Origin: Patescibacteria group bacterium | GTDB taxonomy: Bacteria; Patescibacteriota; Saccharimonadia; Saccharimonadales; Saccharimonadaceae | Direction: 5' to 3' | DNA length: 64,000 bases | NCBI GenBank assembly: GCA_004322265.1 | Contig: SCSZ01000031.1 | Span: forward strand, 13,148-77,147 | Part shown: in pieces, positions 62,158 to 64,000 of the stretch | How the letters are laid out: every line of letters starts with the position of its first letter | How positions within the stretch are numbered: position 1 is the first letter of the stretch | Notes under the pieces: generated by a model | Told to the model about the DNA's origin: nothing | Databases searched by the model: none | What the model saw: only the letters and a program-made list of their open reading frames with translations | Translations under genes and position numbers: made by a program

Positions 62158-62610
62158 ATGATTATAGAGGTCAATAACATCCTTGAAATGAATGCTTTCG
62201 GTAAGCGCCTTGCCAAGCTCCTTCATGGTGGGGAAGTAATTGAATTAGTTGGGGACGTTGGATCGGGAAAAACAACGCTTACAAAAGCAATAGCGTTGGA
62301 GCTTGGAGCTCAGGAAGAAGTACAGAGTCCGAGCTTTACGATTAGTCGCATTTACCCCGTTCGTGATGGACTGCGACTTGTGCATTATGACTTTTATAGA
62401 CTCCACGATGCAGGGATTATGAAGCAAGAACTCGACGAAGTTTTCAGAGACCAGACGACCATCACGGTTGTTGAGTGGGGAGACATCGTTTCTGACGTCT
62501 TACCACCAGATCGGCTGACTCTCACGATCGTGCCACCGAGCGAAGTTACGAGACGAATTATTGTTGAGGCTAGTGGTCCAAAAAGTCGCAAGATCGAGAA
62601 AGCTTTATGA
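62158..62610 (+). CDS. tsaE: t6A biosynthesis ATPase TsaE (150 aa)
   Basis: GDVGSGKTTLTK, SPSFTI and HYDFYRL. TATAAT 9 nt before the ATG. Confidence 0.85.
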   Translation: MIIEVNNILEMNAFGKRLAKLLHGGEVIELVGDVGSGKTTLTKAIALELGAQEEVQSPSFTISRIYPVRDGLRLVHYDFYRLHDAGIMKQELDEVFRDQTTITVVEWGDIVSDVLPPDRLTLTIVPPSEVTRRIIVEASGPKSRKIEKAL

Positions 62611-62993
62611 TTCTTTTACTTGATACATCAACACCTATATGTAAACTAACGCTCATTGATGGAGATACGCGTATCGACGACGAATGGCAAGCCGATAGGA
62701 CACTTGCAAGTGGCCTGTTAGGCTACCTGAAAGAACAGTTAGAGGAGCTTGATAAAACGCTACATGATATCTCGGCCATTGGGGTTTTTGAGGGACCCGG
62801 TAGTTTTACAGGACTGCGCATTGGTTTAACCGTTCTCAATACGATTGCCGATAGCCAAGGAATCCCGATTGTCGGCGGTAGGGGCGATACGTGGCAAATG
62901 GATACACTAACCGCACTTAAAGAGGGCAGAAATGACCAGATTGTCATGCCTTTTTATGGTAGCGAAGCACATATTACAACACCTCGTAAATAA
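62607..62993 (+). CDS. tsaB: t6A biosynthesis protein TsaB, short form (128 aa)
   Basis: ATGA overlap with tsaE. MILLLDTS... and GPGSFTGLRIG. About half the usual length. Confidence 0.75.
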   Translation: MILLLDTSTPICKLTLIDGDTRIDDEWQADRTLASGLLGYLKEQLEELDKTLHDISAIGVFEGPGSFTGLRIGLTVLNTIADSQGIPIVGGRGDTWQMDTLTALKEGRNDQIVMPFYGSEAHITTPRK

Positions 62994-63145
62994 CTTGTAC
63001 GTTCGTACAAAAAGGCGCTACAATAAAGACAGTCCGACGTATTTCCATGGGACTATGTATAAATTTTTGAAACTTTCGGTGTGGTTTGTGATATAGCTCC
63101 AGTCAAGATGAACACTTGGCCAAATTACCCGAGGAAGGAACGATT

Positions 63146-64000
63146 ATGATAGAGGGTATTATTGCCGCAGTTATTGGGGCATTTGTTGGTGTGGGCGGAA
63201 CTGTCGTCTACGAAAAGCAGAGAAGTCTAGGTGGTAAACACAAAGCTGACAAGGCAATTGCCGACGCCAAAACGAAATCGAGCGACATTGTCCTTAAGGC
63301 TAAGGACGAGGCAATGCAAGTACTAAACGACGCCAAAAAAGAAGAAGCCGATCGACGCAAAGAATGGCAAAAGACTGAGACACGCCTAGCAGAACGCGAG
63401 GCTAACCTTGACCGTAAACTCGATGAGCTTGATAAGCGTTCCGATGGTCTACGTTCTCAGGAAGATGAGGTTGATGGCCTCAAAAATGAGATTCGTGAGA
63501 TTCGTGTTCGTCAACAAGAAAAACTAGAAAAAATAGCTGGCCTCAAGAAAGCCGATGCTGCCGATAAACTTATGCAAATGACCGAAAAGGACATTAAGCA
63601 AGATTTGCTGGGGCTTGTTACTAAATTACAAAATGACGCCAAAGAAGATGCCGAAGAAAATGCTCAAATGATTCTAGTAACCGCTATGGAGCGCATGTCT
63701 TCCGAGGTTACCGCTGAGCGAACGGTTACTGCGGTTAAACTTCCTGATGAAGAAATGAAAGGTCGTTTAATCGGTAAAGAAGGTCGCAATATTCAGGCTT
63801 TGCAACGCGCGACCGGTGTTGATATTTTGGTTGACGATACTCCAGGTATGGTGATCCTGTCGAGTTTTGATCCGATTCGCCGCCAAGTGGCACGCATTGC
63901 CGTCGAGCAACTTATGAAAGATGGGCGCATCCATCCTGCTAGGATTGAGGAAGTTGTTGCCAAAGCTGAAAAAGATCTCGACAAAGAAATCATTCGTGCA
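63146..64000 (+). CDS. rny: Ribonuclease Y, 5' part (runs off the window)
   Basis: GAGGAAGG SD, N-terminal TM, long coiled coil, KH domain GRLIGKEGRNIQAL. No stop before position 64000. Confidence 0.85.
   Translation, partial: MIEGIIAAVIGAFVGVGGTVVYEKQRSLGGKHKADKAIADAKTKSSDIVLKAKDEAMQVLNDAKKEEADRRKEWQKTETRLAEREANLDRKLDELDKRSDGLRSQEDEVDGLKNEIREIRVRQQEKLEKIAGLKKADAADKLMQMTEKDIKQDLLGLVTKLQNDAKEDAEENAQMILVTAMERMSSEVTAERTVTAVKLPDEEMKGRLIGKEGRNIQALQRATGVDILVDDTPGMVILSSFDPIRRQVARIAVEQLMKDGRIHPARIEEVVAKAEKDLDKEIIRA

Noticed and set aside
62994-63020. Palindrome TTGTACGTTCGTACAA right after tsaB, as a terminator
   Set aside because: The stem is only 6-7 bp with a 2-nt centre, and there is no T-run. 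It is too weak to call.
1-64000. CRISPR arrays, transposases, integrases, prophage genes and rRNA
   Set aside because: I noticed no regularly spaced short repeats. No ORF has DDE, tyrosine- or serine-recombinase, or phage structural motifs. There is no rRNA-like sequence. The only repeats are the intragenic ones, the 21-mer palindrome and the tRNA fragments.

Overview
The window is a 64-kb chromosomal segment that is densely coding on both strands, with mid-40s %GC judged by eye. I infer a reduced-genome, Gram-positive-type bacterium, possibly from the Candidate Phyla Radiation or Saccharibacteria-like. The grounds are two sortase/substrate modules, a full type IV pilus assembly operon, a ComEC gene next to a lamin-tail-domain surface protein, several shortened housekeeping proteins (HrcA, TsaB, TilS) and many ORFans.

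Housekeeping genes I recognise are murC, prs, cmk-like, dinB, tilS, ftsH, murJ, lepA, tatAC, hrcA-grpE, dnaK, dnaJ, comEC, yebC, ruvC, ruvAB, recA-recX, pilBCMN(O), tsaE-tsaB and the 5' part of rny.

There are four intact tRNAs: three with a CAT anticodon, one of them the initiator, and one tRNA-Lys(TTT). Decayed tRNA fragments lie beside two of them.

I saw no rRNA, CRISPR array, transposase or integrase.

The items most worth follow-up are:
- 39.1-43.9 kb: three different ATP-grasp ligases, one resembling the cyanophycin-synthetase G domain, divergent from an S51 (cyanophycinase/PepE-type) peptidase.
- 5.4-9.1 kb: a four-gene operon of acidic ORFans.
- Between grpE and dnaK: a GC-rich structured insertion.
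- The heat-shock genes are split into three units, each keeping its own CIRCE operator.
- A disulfide-reductase homolog that lacks both redox cysteines.
- A small ORF translationally coupled to dinB, behind a long leader that looks structured.
- A 21-bp palindrome present twice.

All family assignments come from motif recognition by eye, not from database searches.
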